DNA of 63,878 bases from a virus (IMGVR_UViG_3300010429_001387:64001-127878); one strand, 5' to 3'. Counted from the stretch's first letter, positions 20,120-30,252 are shown. Made by a program: numbers and translations. Notes: a model not told the origin generated them from the sequence alone.

Positions 20120-20332
20120 TCAGCCTGTGGATTTTCCATAGAGATTCCTTTCTACCAAATCGAAATAGTTGTTAAAACAAGATAAAACAACATCTTCGGA
20201 TGCCAAAAATCCTGGATTGCATTCGTTATCGTTCTCATACTCATAGTATAAATTATAAATGAGGAAAACCAAATGAAATTTATCAATTATTTTCCCGTTT
20301 CTTTTCCAAGATCGACGCCATTCGTTGACCAT
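20120..20332 (-). CDS. hypothetical protein
   Basis: tiled ORF; start uncertain. Confidence 0.35.
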   Translation of the reverse strand: MVNEWRRSWKRNGKIIDKFHLVFLIYNLYYEYENDNECNPGFLASEDVVLSCFNNYFDLVERNLYGKSTG

Positions 20333-20918
20333 GTTTTCGCATTTTCTCTAATGCTTCCAGAGAATATTGAGGTTTGGGATTTGATTTAACTCCTAGCTTT
20401 TTGTAGCATTCTTTAAGCAGCTTTCGTGCTTCGGAGCCAAATTCGTGTCCAATCAATTCAAGAAAAGTTCGAGCATAGAATCGACCATGTCCTGTTCCAT
20501 ACCCAGATGGATGCAGAACATGAGCTAATTCATGTAAGACAATAATCTTGTTAAATCCCCAAGGAGGTAAATATATTGTCGCAAATCGGACATAAGCACT
20601 TCGGGAAGAATCCGAGATTTCATTGATTGGTGGAGCATATGTCTTTCGGATCCTAAATCGTTTTTGTAACCAAGCGGAATTCCATAGTTGTGTCACATAC
20701 TGTTCAACTTCCTGAATTGATTTGAATTTAATCTGTTCGTATTCTGGCTTCCAACCCCTATCAACTTCCCAAAAGAAAAGCCTTTTAAACCTTGACTCCG
20801 CATCATACAATTTTTGACGCTGTGAATCTCTCCAACTCCTTCGATTTTCTCTGACGGTTGACATCTCCTGCCAACGATCTGCCGGAAGTTCATACCATTC
20901 AGGATTCTTGGCTGACAT
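20283..20918 (-). CDS. HExxH zinc metalloprotease-like protein (SprT / TIGR04338-like)
   Basis: VLHELAHVLH...GHGRFYARTFLELI; probable start MSAKN. Confidence 0.7.
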   Translation of the reverse strand: MSAKNPEWYELPADRWQEMSTVRENRRSWRDSQRQKLYDAESRFKRLFFWEVDRGWKPEYEQIKFKSIQEVEQYVTQLWNSAWLQKRFRIRKTYAPPINEISDSSRSAYVRFATIYLPPWGFNKIIVLHELAHVLHPSGYGTGHGRFYARTFLELIGHEFGSEARKLLKECYKKLGVKSNPKPQYSLEALEKMRKHGQRMASILEKKRENN

Positions 20919-21432
20919 TTCTTTCATCTCCCATCCAGCGAAGAATAATGTAATCAAAATCAAACTCAAGCAAATCCATGTCCTCCCCAATATGATCCAT
21001 CAAATAACAGCGATTACATCGGGGATAATAAACCTCTTTATTACCAGTCTGCTCATCAAAACGACCAGACCAACCTCCATACGAATTTCCCAGATCAGAA
21101 TCAGAACAAGAAGTTCGGCCATGCTCCGGACAAATGAAGTCAACGATTTCTTGAGTGATAATTCTAGACATTAATCAATCCTCTCCAAGAGATTTTTCTT
21201 TCAATACTCTTTCAACCGTTTGTCTTACACACTTTTGAAACAAATCTTCTAAATCTTTCTTTGCCTTTTCCAGAGCATCAATTTCTCTGCTTCCGGCCCA
21301 TCCCCAAGAATATCCTTCATAATCATTATATGCTTGATTGTAAGCAATTTGAGCTTCGGCTAAAGTTTCAATTGCTTCAACCACTTTTTCAAATCCAATG
21401 AGTTCTTCAGGAAGCTCTTTCTTTCCCATCAT
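20899..21432 (-). other. two hypothetical ORFs (20899-21171 Cys-containing; 21175-21432)
   Basis: tiled ORFs downstream of leftward promoter. Confidence 0.55.
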
Positions 21433-21462
21433 TTTATCCTTTCAACTTGAATTGTCCCAATC

Positions 21463-21505
21463 ATACTCATACTTAAATTATAAACTTTTTCTGGGAAAAC
21501 CAAAA
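21463..21505 (-). promoter_or_regulatory. leftward promoter of divergent pair
   Basis: TTTTGG-N17-TATAAT-TTAAGTATGAG. Confidence 0.65.
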
Positions 21506-21528
21506 TTAAAAAATTTTATAATTTTTCT

Positions 21529-21568
21529 ATTTGGCTTTTTGCAGATATAGCGTATACTTAAGGTATAG
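21529..21568 (+). promoter_or_regulatory. rightward promoter of divergent pair
   Basis: ATTTGG-N18-TATACT-TAAGGTATAG upstream of DUF932. Confidence 0.65.
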
Positions 21569-21609
21569 GCAATGTAAAATCAAACAAAACTTTAGAGGAG
21601 AAACAAAAC

Positions 21610-22620
21610 ATGGCACATGAGATCGAGATTCGCAATGGTGTAGCAAGCATGATGTACGCTGGTGAGACTCCCTGGCACAAGTTGGGTCAGCATGTCGAAA
21701 CTGAGGTCACCGCAGCTGCTGCTATTAAGTTGGCCGGTTTGGATTGGAACTGCATTTCCAAGCCTCTGTACACTGCAGGAGATGCCGATGTTGATGGCAT
21801 TCCGGTGATTGGTAAGATGGTCCCGGGAATCCAGGCAATCGTTCGCAGCGACGACAAGAAGGTGCTGGGCACTGTGGGTGATCGCTATCACATTATTCAG
21901 AATAAGGAATGCTTCGATTTTCTGGATGATGTCATTGGTTCTGGTCAGGCTGTGTATCATACTGCTGGTGCTCTCCGTGGTGGCAGTCAGATCTTCATGA
22001 CGGTTAAGTTCCCCAACGATGTCAAGATTGGGGATGACATCATCGAGAAGTATCTGCTGCTCACGAGTTCCCATGATGGATCGCTGGCTCTGGAGGCTCG
22101 CTGGACTCCGACTCGTGTTGTTTGTGCCAACACTTTGGGGATGGCTCTTAACGAGAGAACCACCAACAACATCAAGATTCGCCACACTCAGAATTACCGC
22201 ACCAAGGTTGAGGAAGCTCGCAATGTTCTCCAGCTGACGGATATCTACTACAGCCGGATGGAGGAAGAGTTCAACCGAATGTTGGATGCTGAGTTTGGTC
22301 ATGCCCAGATGACCAAGCTGGCTGAAGATCTTCTTCCGGCTGATGGCACTCCTTCGACTCGCACCAAGAACATCCGCAACAAGATTGTGGAACTGTTCTA
22401 CACTGGCAAGGGTAACAAGGCTGTTGCCGGCACCAAGTGGGCAGCTTTCAATGCTGTCACTGAGTATGCTGACCATTTCATTTCGATTCGCAACAAGGAG
22501 GATGATAACACCGATGAGCGTCGCATGCTGTCGGCTATCTATGGCAGTGGTCAGGATCTGAAGCAGAAGGCATACAATCTGCTCCGGGCAGAGCCCAAGA
22601 TCATGGAGGCTGTTGCTTAA
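21610..22620 (+). CDS. DUF932 / TIGR03299 phage-plasmid family protein
   Basis: MAHEI...ETPWHKLG; YHTAGALRGG; SHDGS; RVVCANTL; GTKWAAFNAVTEYADH. Confidence 0.9.
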   Translation: MAHEIEIRNGVASMMYAGETPWHKLGQHVETEVTAAAAIKLAGLDWNCISKPLYTAGDADVDGIPVIGKMVPGIQAIVRSDDKKVLGTVGDRYHIIQNKECFDFLDDVIGSGQAVYHTAGALRGGSQIFMTVKFPNDVKIGDDIIEKYLLLTSSHDGSLALEARWTPTRVVCANTLGMALNERTTNNIKIRHTQNYRTKVEEARNVLQLTDIYYSRMEEEFNRMLDAEFGHAQMTKLAEDLLPADGTPSTRTKNIRNKIVELFYTGKGNKAVAGTKWAAFNAVTEYADHFISIRNKEDDNTDERRMLSAIYGSGQDLKQKAYNLLRAEPKIMEAVA

Positions 22621-22649
22621 AAATCAATGGGTCGTGACGTTGTGGTATA

Positions 22650-22672
22650 GGGGACTACTTGTTGTAGTCCCC
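22650..22672 (+). terminator. intrinsic terminator
   Basis: GGGGACTAC-TTGTT-GTAGTCCCC followed by AACTTTTT. Confidence 0.75.
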
Positions 22673-22695
22673 AACTTTTTATAATTTTCCATTTT

Positions 22696-22738
22696 GGTTT
22701 CTCTGATTATAAGTTATACTTTAAGTATAAGAGAAACC
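22696..22738 (+). promoter_or_regulatory. 43-bp promoter/inverted-repeat element, copy C
   Basis: GGTTTCTC-N27-GAGAAACC; TTTTGG-N17-TATACT; inner palindrome TTATACTT-T-AAGTATAA. Confidence 0.75.
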
Positions 22739-22746
22739 TTTCTTGT

Positions 22747-22968
22747 GTGGAGATTGAAATGGCAACAAACCGATCGAATTTAGAATATGATTATCGTGAT
22801 TTGTTGATTGACACAATCGAAGCGTACACAGGCTCACTCCTCTCTGTAAACTATTCCGAGATTTCAACTGATGATCTCTTTAAGCTGTTTCATTGTATTG
22901 TGCATTCAGTCGATGAACGTTATAGTCGAGCTCTTAACCTGAAGAAAGATCTGGAGAAAATTTTATAA
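22747..22968 (+). CDS. small hypothetical protein bracketed by element copies C and D
   Basis: GGAG RBS; stop abuts copy D. Confidence 0.6.
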   Translation: MEIEMATNRSNLEYDYRDLLIDTIEAYTGSLLSVNYSEISTDDLFKLFHCIVHSVDERYSRALNLKKDLEKIL

Positions 22969-22978
22969 GTTTTCATTT

Positions 22979-23022
22979 GGTTTTCTCCAAATATCGCTTA
23001 TACTTTAAGTATAAGAGAAACC
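22979..23022 (+). promoter_or_regulatory. 44-bp element, copy D
   Basis: GGTTTTCTC-N27-GAGAAACC; TTTGG-N18-TATACT. Confidence 0.75.
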
Positions 23023-23038
23023 TTTTCAGGAGTTAAAA

Positions 23039-24534
23039 ATGGCACTTGCAGAGATGTATCAAAACTGGCTGGAACACGATGGCAAGAAAGTCAAGATTGA
23101 TGGCACCGTTTACAAGATCCGAGTCGATTGTTACAGAGCCTACTATCCCTATGAACGCCAAGAGATCAAAGTGCATGCTGATGTGGTCAACAAGAACAGC
23201 AAGTTCTACCAAGACCTCAAGGCTGAGTACGGTGATGATTGGTCGACGGATGTCCTAGAAAGCTTTGAGTTCATGTGTGAAGCACTTCGACAGTTGGAGA
23301 ATTAAATATGATAACTCATGATGAAGTAACACACATCATTAGCAGTTTAGCAAAGGCAGAATTTGATCATCTTCAGCAAATCAGAACTTTTTTACTGATA
23401 CTTATTGCACAGCGTAAAGGTGTTACAGGAATTGATCTGCCTATAACCGTTGCTCGATTAGCAATGGAAGCTGCTGATGAAATTATTGCTAAATTTGTGG
23501 AGAATAAATCATGTGGGCATTAATTGGATATCGTTCTCAATACTATGAAGCACCTGAGTTGGAAGAAATTGTAGCTTTGTTTTCTTCAAAGGAAAAGGCA
23601 GAAGCTTATCTTGAAGCATCAAAACTGAAGAATCCTGGCCGCGAAGCATTTGAAGTCTTTCGCAACAAGAGTTATCTTCACATATATGAAAGTGCTTGGA
23701 TTGAAAAGTATGATCCAGAGCAATATCCCATGGATCCAGAACTTTAAGGATACAAAATATGCTGACCGGACAAGATTATATTCAGAATATTTTGTCAAGT
23801 CTTTCCATTCTTCAGGACGTTGAAACATTTAGTGAATATGATCTCAAAGAATTACAGAAAATTGATGAAGATCTTGGATTCATGGCAGAGGCATATTATG
23901 AATGATCCCTTGTATGAAACTATTGAACGTATCAATTGGCACTTTGGTAAAGGAGATATTGTTTGCATTGATCCTATTAGACAGGAAGTCCACCGAAATA
24001 TGCCATTTGCTGGCAATGATACTCGGAAATATCGTCTCTCCGATGACCAGCAATATGTAATATTTCTTGGACATAAGTGTAAAATATCTTCTGAAGGACA
24101 ATAATCATGATTGCAGGAACTGTGTGCTTTCTATTCCTTAGTTTGTTCTATGTCCTGCTATGGAAGCAAAGTAAGGTCGTTAGTTGTGTCGCATTTCTTG
24201 TGTTTCTTCCATTGTGGATAGCTGGAGCAATCGAAACATTGGCTTTAGGAGGCCTGTTGGTTGTTGGTGGAATACATTATTTAGCCTTCTTTGTATTGTG
24301 TGCACTTAGTTGGTTTCAACTTTAAGGAGTAGTAAAATGGACCAGAATCAAGAAATTATTCAAACAATCAAAGAATGTGAGGATTCCATTACCACCATCT
24401 TAACAAAATGCAACGAGTCGAAATTAATGGAGGCAAGTAACATATTACATATGGCCGGATACAGTAATTTTGCAGCGTTGCTTCATTATGCATTTGCCCG
24501 ACATCTGGCATTACAAGAAATTGAGATGGAATAA
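23039..24534 (+). other. operon of small hypothetical ORFs (23039-23305, 23308-23523, 23511-23747, 23820-24104, 24107-24325 membrane, 24310-24534)
   Basis: tiled plus-strand ORFs between copies D and E. Confidence 0.6.
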
Positions 24535-24553
24535 TTTTATAACTTTCCATTTT

Positions 24554-24596
24554 GGTTTCGCTGATCATAGGTTATAATTTAAGTATAAGAGAAACC
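24554..24596 (+). promoter_or_regulatory. 43-bp element, copy E
   Basis: GGTTTCGC-N27-GAGAAACC; TTTTGG-N17-TATAAT. Confidence 0.75.
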
Positions 24597-24612
24597 GTTT
24601 GGAGAAATCAAA

Positions 24613-26137
24613 ATGACTATTCGAGAACTAATCAACGAACTAAGCATGATCAAGGATCAAGATCAGGAAGTTGCCATCAGATTGGAATATGATGGCAGTG
24701 TTAATGGTATCTCAGCGACTCTTGAATCTGAACGATTCCACTTGACACAGGGCAACAACAATATTTTCATTGATGCTTACGCCAATTAATTTTGATGGAG
24801 AAATCAAATGAACCCTACTCCTGAATATGCTTGCTCACTCAAGGGGATTGGCTTATTTTGTCTTAGTCAATGGGAATGGTTTAGGAACCAGAAAATAGGT
24901 ACGATGGACGATGAAATGATTCGAACAGGACGAATGGCTGCATATTCATCTGTTTTACGTCAAATCACGGGAAAATCGGATTTACAAAGTTGGAAAGAAA
25001 TTCTTTCGCAGATGTGATATCGAGTTAACGAAAGATTCATTTTGGAGAAATAAAATGACAACGATCTGGAACATCATTGTTGTGTGTTACCTTTTTAAGC
25101 ATCTCATGGGGATCCGATTTGGATGGGAACGTTGTGGATGCTGTGGTAAGAAGATGCGTGATTGTGAAAGTCGTTTCAATGCTTACTGGGTAATTGGATA
25201 AGGAGAAATCAAATGGAAGTTTGCATTATAAAAGGACATGACAAACATGAAGGATTCGAAATTCTGCATGTTGCTAGCAACAGCCTGAAGGCCACACTGT
25301 GGGAACAGCAACACAGTGCTAAAATCGCGGAATATGATTGGATTAGTTACGAAATCTTTACTGTAGATGAGAAATAAAATGACAATACGACCACTTATAT
25401 CGTCAAACTTTCTTAATGTTGATCTAACATATCCATGTTTTCTCATCGGAATTGTGTGGGATCAATACTTAGAAGGTTTGTCAATTGGTTTTGGGTTTTT
25501 TAAGTTGGATCTTTGGAGATGGTGAAATGAATCGCATGTATTATCGCACATATTGGCCATCCCAAGGGTTGTATTGTCCGCTTGGAAGGATTATGTGTTA
25601 TCCTATAATTCGTGTTTGGGCTGTGGGAAGCCAAACAATCCCTTTCCGAGAAGTGGACAACTATGCTAGAACTATTTCTCGAGCAACCTATGAAGATGCT
25701 GCCCAAAAGATTGCAAAGTATCTAGTAGCAAATTATGGTGGACAGATTACTGTAAGAATAAGAGATCGGCATTTCTGGACCGACTATACAATTGGAGATC
25801 CAAAATGAGTCTGAATGCACATGGTGTGATTTGTTATGGAATTCGATTTCCAGGAGATTATAACGAATTTCCTTGGATTGATGTTCCTGATCAAGTATGG
25901 TGGGAAGCTGCTGGTGGCGAAGGCGAATGTCCTCTTGAGATGTATTTTTGTGGGGATAAGGAATGGACCAATATTATCTTTTTGAAGGATACGCTCATCG
26001 ATGCATCCGAAAATTACCCAGAATCTTTTGACACAAATCATTTTAAATTGGATATCTCATTAATCGACATTTGTGAACGATTTGGAATCGAAATTATTGA
26101 GAGTCCTAAGTGGTGGTTGATTGCGGGTGTTTGGTAA
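24613..26137 (+). other. operon of very small ORFs (45-110 aa), most starting with GGAGAAATMAAATG-like initiation signals
   Basis: repeated RBS near 24601, 24797, 25043, 25201, 25795; ORFs read manually. Confidence 0.55.
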
Positions 26138-26144
26138 TGAAAGT

Positions 26145-26173
26145 GGGATGAGTAGCAACGAGCCACTCATCCC
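26145..26173. terminator. hairpin at the convergence of plus island and minus-strand genes
   Basis: GGGATGAGT...ACTCATCCC 9-bp stem; no strong U-tract. Confidence 0.55.
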
Positions 26174-26229
26174 GAGAGGAGAAAGAGATTTGTGTAAATC
26201 CTTTTAACGCAAATTCAATCCATTGACAC

Positions 26230-27294
26230 TCATTCCCCAATAACATATCCATTTAATTTCTGGTGATAACTGCGATCATAAAATGGATAAAATGTGCAAT
26301 TCGCTTGTCCTAATGTCCCATCAACTCTCGCTCCTAATGTAACAACGCAAAATCCTACGTGAGCCGAGAGTTTCTTCTTCCGCATGAAGCTTGTTTGATC
26401 CTGCACACATCCAGGCATGATGGTCAACACTTCTCGGGGATATGACATATCAAACTTGTGGAAGTGTCCCATAATCAAGGCATGAGGCTTGTCTCCACCT
26501 TGGAAGCTCTCGACCATCTTCTGGCTTGGATAGCTAATGGCATATGGAGTTCCTCCACCAGGATGTATGATGCGGAGGCGAAATGTACCATGCGGTTGTT
26601 CAAACAGGACATCTTGTTCCAAATGCCCAATATGAACTAAATCATTGCGACCAGAATCCTCACACCAACGTTGCATATACCAACCAATATTAAGTCCAAT
26701 ATCCTTTTGCCACCAACCTTCATGACAATCACCCGTAATGTAATATGTTGTCATTCCGTCTCTTTGTGGGTAGTGATCTGCTAAATAAGCACATTGATCG
26801 TGAACCCCATGTGCATGCAACTCATAGCGATTAAATTTAAATTCCCCATCAATAATGTTTCCTGCATGGAATACCTGTGTGATACCTTCTTTCGCATATA
26901 AATCATATGCTGCTTCAAGGACATCTAATCTTTCATGATAACTACAAATGTGTGTATCTGACAGCACACCAATCTTTATCTCTTTACCTTTTGCAATTTT
27001 AATATTTAATGCATCAATGGGTGGAGTCACATCAGATAGAAAATACACGTCTCCTTGAGGAACAATATTAAAACCATCATAGAAGGAAAGTTGTGAAAGG
27101 ACTTCTTTTGCATTCTTAAGTGTGGTGTGAAGTTTTGAAGCTAATATTTCTAATGTGATGCCATTTTTCTTGGACTTTTGGATGATCTTCAATGCATCTG
27201 AACGAACCATTGGGTCAGCTGGATTGAACTTTGATGTGGCAACATTCTTAGATGTTGATGTTTTACACCCAGCCTTAATTTTCGATTTTCGCAT
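26230..27294 (-). CDS. calcineurin-like metallophosphoesterase with N-terminal HTH
   Basis: SDTH, AGNIIDG, GDCHE, HP, GHFH; N-terminal ITLEILASKLHTT; GGAGG RBS before 27294. Confidence 0.8.
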   Translation of the reverse strand: MRKSKIKAGCKTSTSKNVATSKFNPADPMVRSDALKIIQKSKKNGITLEILASKLHTTLKNAKEVLSQLSFYDGFNIVPQGDVYFLSDVTPPIDALNIKIAKGKEIKIGVLSDTHICSYHERLDVLEAAYDLYAKEGITQVFHAGNIIDGEFKFNRYELHAHGVHDQCAYLADHYPQRDGMTTYYITGDCHEGWWQKDIGLNIGWYMQRWCEDSGRNDLVHIGHLEQDVLFEQPHGTFRLRIIHPGGGTPYAISYPSQKMVESFQGGDKPHALIMGHFHKFDMSYPREVLTIMPGCVQDQTSFMRKKKLSAHVGFCVVTLGARVDGTLGQANCTFYPFYDRSYHQKLNGYVIGE

Positions 27295-27742
27295 TTTCAG
27301 TAGCCTCCGAATTGCTATATTTTGATGCAACTTCTTCAACAAACTTCCTAATCACGTTGTAATCACAATGCCAAATAAATTTTGTGTCGTTGATTGTACA
27401 GCCTAAATTATGACCTTCATAATTTGCTTGTTGTTCGCCATCCATACCCTCCGAATCTTCCCATCTGTGGAACAGTGTTGCATGACAATTATCCTTGATA
27501 ATGTAATAATCAATTTCTAAAACCTGTTCTACAGTTAAAAATCCTAAATCTTGTGCGACTTGAATAGGCTCATTAACCTCACCTGGACAATACCAATCAA
27601 CTTGGGGAAAATTATATCGCAACCATTTTACATTTTCAATTGCTTGTGCGATATTTGCATTTTCATGTGCCCGAAATTCCTGAGGATCGGTTGATTTGCA
27701 GTTGCCTCGCATAGGATGAGAGATGTAGATTCTAGGTCTCAT
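27275..27742 (-). CDS. nucleoside 2-deoxyribosyltransferase-like (DUF4406/DUF1937-type) protein
   Basis: RIYISHPMRG...WYCPGE...WEDSEGMDGE. Confidence 0.55.
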   Translation of the reverse strand: MRPRIYISHPMRGNCKSTDPQEFRAHENANIAQAIENVKWLRYNFPQVDWYCPGEVNEPIQVAQDLGFLTVEQVLEIDYYIIKDNCHATLFHRWEDSEGMDGEQQANYEGHNLGCTINDTKFIWHCDYNVIRKFVEEVASKYSNSEATENAKIEN

Positions 27743-29798
27743 TGTGCTCCTCTCTTTCTCGAAGTTCGACACGTTTAGCGATGTAAAATCCTTGGTGTCG
27801 CCTTAGTAAAGTAAATGCTAAACCATCAATTTCAAAGTATTTATCCTTGTTAGTATACGATCCTTCGAAAACTCGACATCCTTTACCAGCAATTTCCACA
27901 GTTACACTATCCATACTCAAACTGCAAGCCTCATTATCACATGCTATATCATATATATTTTTCCCTTCCTTTTCAACCATCTGAGCATAATTAACAGGCC
28001 TATATTTCCTAATGAGATCATTGAATTTGTGTAAATCATCTTCTGTTTTTACAGCTTGCCGAGGACAAAATGGGATGCGGTCATCAGCTTGGTCAGGAAA
28101 AAACGACATACCTCCAATCAAATCTCTGTTGGACCAAACATATTCTGTTATCCAATTCCATTCTTCCGGTTTAACTGTAACAGTGCAACTAATGTTGTGA
28201 CTAACGTTCTTGTCTGATCCTTCTTGAACCCAATTCTTGTATACTAAAAATATCTTGTCTAAGAAATCTTTCAGTGTTAAATCATCTTTAGTTATTCCAT
28301 CCGTTTGTACCGGAAAAACAATACAAGCTTCAAAATTCGATTTGTGCTCTAACATGTGAGGATTAACTTCTTCAAAATAAGAAGCTGCTTCTTCTAAGAG
28401 ATTAGTTGTTATTCGACGGAAATACTTCCTAGAATGATGTGGGTGTATTCCTGAACCAATACACCCTAACTCTAAGCTGCTTGTACCGGAAGGCTTAATA
28501 CATGTACAACGAATTGAGGGATTGATTCCACTAGCTTTTGCTATAATTTTATTTGATAATTTGACTTGTTGTGCTCCTTCGCGAAGCAACTCAGCATCAA
28601 AAATCCATGGACTGTCCATCATTCCGGAAATACTAACACCAATTAAAGGATTTTCAGTTGCAATTCTCTCGGAGACTTCTCCTAAATATGGAAATGATTT
28701 ATATCTAGCTTGTAACGTTGCAATTACTGCAGCTTCTTTACAAGCTAATAAAAATTCGTCTTGATCTTGACACGCTGCAGCATTAATTTCCACTAAATTA
28801 CAAAATGCAAATCCTGTATTCCCATCTTTGTCCTTAGGATAAAGAACAATTTCACCACAGGGGTTGGTTCCATAATCTAAGTCGTGGAGGAATACAAATC
28901 CGGGATCACCAAAATTCTTTCTGTTGATATCAATGATCTTGGAAAAATCTTCTTGTGTATTTTCTTTGGTTAATGCTGCACTGTTGTTTGCTAATGCTCT
29001 CTGGGAATTCTTACCCCCAAATTCAAAATTCTCCTTTTCTTTTGCAGTTAGCATTTCTTCATCATCAAAACTAAAAATTGACATGAGAGAACTTCTGCGA
29101 ATTCCACCCGCTAACACCGATGTTGACAGATGACAAATGATATCATGACACTCGATTGGTTTCAACTTCCGATTATTAACTTTTGATAATATATCACGAA
29201 CATTTTCCAACGAGACTTTCAAACTCCAGTGTCCTGGAGCTTTACATTGACTGCTGAGATCCGATCCTGCTGGCCGAATATTGCTATAGTTGAATTCGAC
29301 ATAGTAACCATGAATGTGCCCTTGGATTAGCGAATCGACAGCTTGAGACCAACCTTGAATACTGTCGTTAATTGTGTGATGACACACAAGAGTCGTATCT
29401 ACCTTTTTGAATTTAGGAAGTTGAGCAACATGTTGCTTTTGTACACTGTACCCAACACCACAACCACAAAGCAATAGATACATAATCTCAGCAAATACTC
29501 GTGGACGATCAATCAATGTAAAGGAACAATTGTACATACGAGCATTATGCTTAAGAATTGGATCACCTGCAAATTGCAGTGATCGCATTGAAGGCAAAAC
29601 TTTCTTACTGTAAACCAACTTGAAAGCTGTTTCAATAGCTAATGCTAATTCAGGGTATGTATTCAAATGCATCTGCTTAACACGTGAAACAGTCTCTGGA
29701 AATGTTTCGCGTCTTTGTTTTTCAGGAAGATACTTAGCGTATTTTGTAGCGTGGATATAATCTGAAATTGCATTGGGGTCAGGGACAATATTCTCCAT
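27732..29798 (-). CDS. nrdJ: class II (adenosylcobalamin) ribonucleotide reductase, monomeric RTPR type
   Basis: LPSMRSLQFAG, YNCSF, GGIRRS, TNPCGEI, FCNL, TCIKPSGT; no nrdB partner seen. Confidence 0.88.
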   Translation of the reverse strand: MENIVPDPNAISDYIHATKYAKYLPEKQRRETFPETVSRVKQMHLNTYPELALAIETAFKLVYSKKVLPSMRSLQFAGDPILKHNARMYNCSFTLIDRPRVFAEIMYLLLCGCGVGYSVQKQHVAQLPKFKKVDTTLVCHHTINDSIQGWSQAVDSLIQGHIHGYYVEFNYSNIRPAGSDLSSQCKAPGHWSLKVSLENVRDILSKVNNRKLKPIECHDIICHLSTSVLAGGIRRSSLMSIFSFDDEEMLTAKEKENFEFGGKNSQRALANNSAALTKENTQEDFSKIIDINRKNFGDPGFVFLHDLDYGTNPCGEIVLYPKDKDGNTGFAFCNLVEINAAACQDQDEFLLACKEAAVIATLQARYKSFPYLGEVSERIATENPLIGVSISGMMDSPWIFDAELLREGAQQVKLSNKIIAKASGINPSIRCTCIKPSGTSSLELGCIGSGIHPHHSRKYFRRITTNLLEEAASYFEEVNPHMLEHKSNFEACIVFPVQTDGITKDDLTLKDFLDKIFLVYKNWVQEGSDKNVSHNISCTVTVKPEEWNWITEYVWSNRDLIGGMSFFPDQADDRIPFCPRQAVKTEDDLHKFNDLIRKYRPVNYAQMVEKEGKNIYDIACDNEACSLSMDSVTVEIAGKGCRVFEGSYTNKDKYFEIDGLAFTLLRRHQGFYIAKRVELREREEHNET

Positions 29799-30252
29799 AT
29801 TTCAAATTTCCTAAAACCACAACATGAGTTCCGGCCTCTTTAAACATCTCGTCTGAAATTGCTTGAACTTCTGCCCAACGATCATTTAAAACTTTGTTCT
29901 TAACAATAACCGTTGAAATACCAGATTGAATAATTGCTCTCGCACAATCTGGACAGGGAAGTGATTGTGTATACATTGTTGCATTTAACAGTGAAATCCC
30001 TTTCGAAGCAGCATTGTAGATCGCATTACGTTCTGCATGTTCAGTCCACGAATATTTAGCAGGACGTTCATTGCGAGATGCAATCGTGTCATTGTTGCCT
30101 CTTGGAAATCCATTCCAACCAATTGCTAATACAACATTACGATCATCTACAATTACTGCCCCCAATTTTGTTGAAGCATCATGGCTCCAACTTGCAATTA
30201 AATCACATAATTGTAACCAACGCTCATTCCACTTATCATTCCAATGTAACAT
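29779..30252 (-). CDS. dCMP deaminase
   Basis: GWNGFPRG, HAERNAI, PCPDC. Confidence 0.92.
   Translation of the reverse strand: MLHWNDKWNERWLQLCDLIASWSHDASTKLGAVIVDDRNVVLAIGWNGFPRGNNDTIASRNERPAKYSWTEHAERNAIYNAASKGISLLNATMYTQSLPCPDCARAIIQSGISTVIVKNKVLNDRWAEVQAISDEMFKEAGTHVVVLGNLKYGEYCP

Noticed and set aside
21592-22476. 294-aa minus-strand ORF
   Set aside because: Antisense shadow of DUF932 caused by codon bias; no motif or RBS
13928-24596. 43-bp repeats as a CRISPR array
   Set aside because: Copies are kb apart, in both orientations, intergenic and promoter-like; no regular spacers and no cas genes recognised
27732-29798. Inteins or introns in RNR, helicase or ligases
   Set aside because: Lengths and motif spacing are normal; the HNH gene is free-standing
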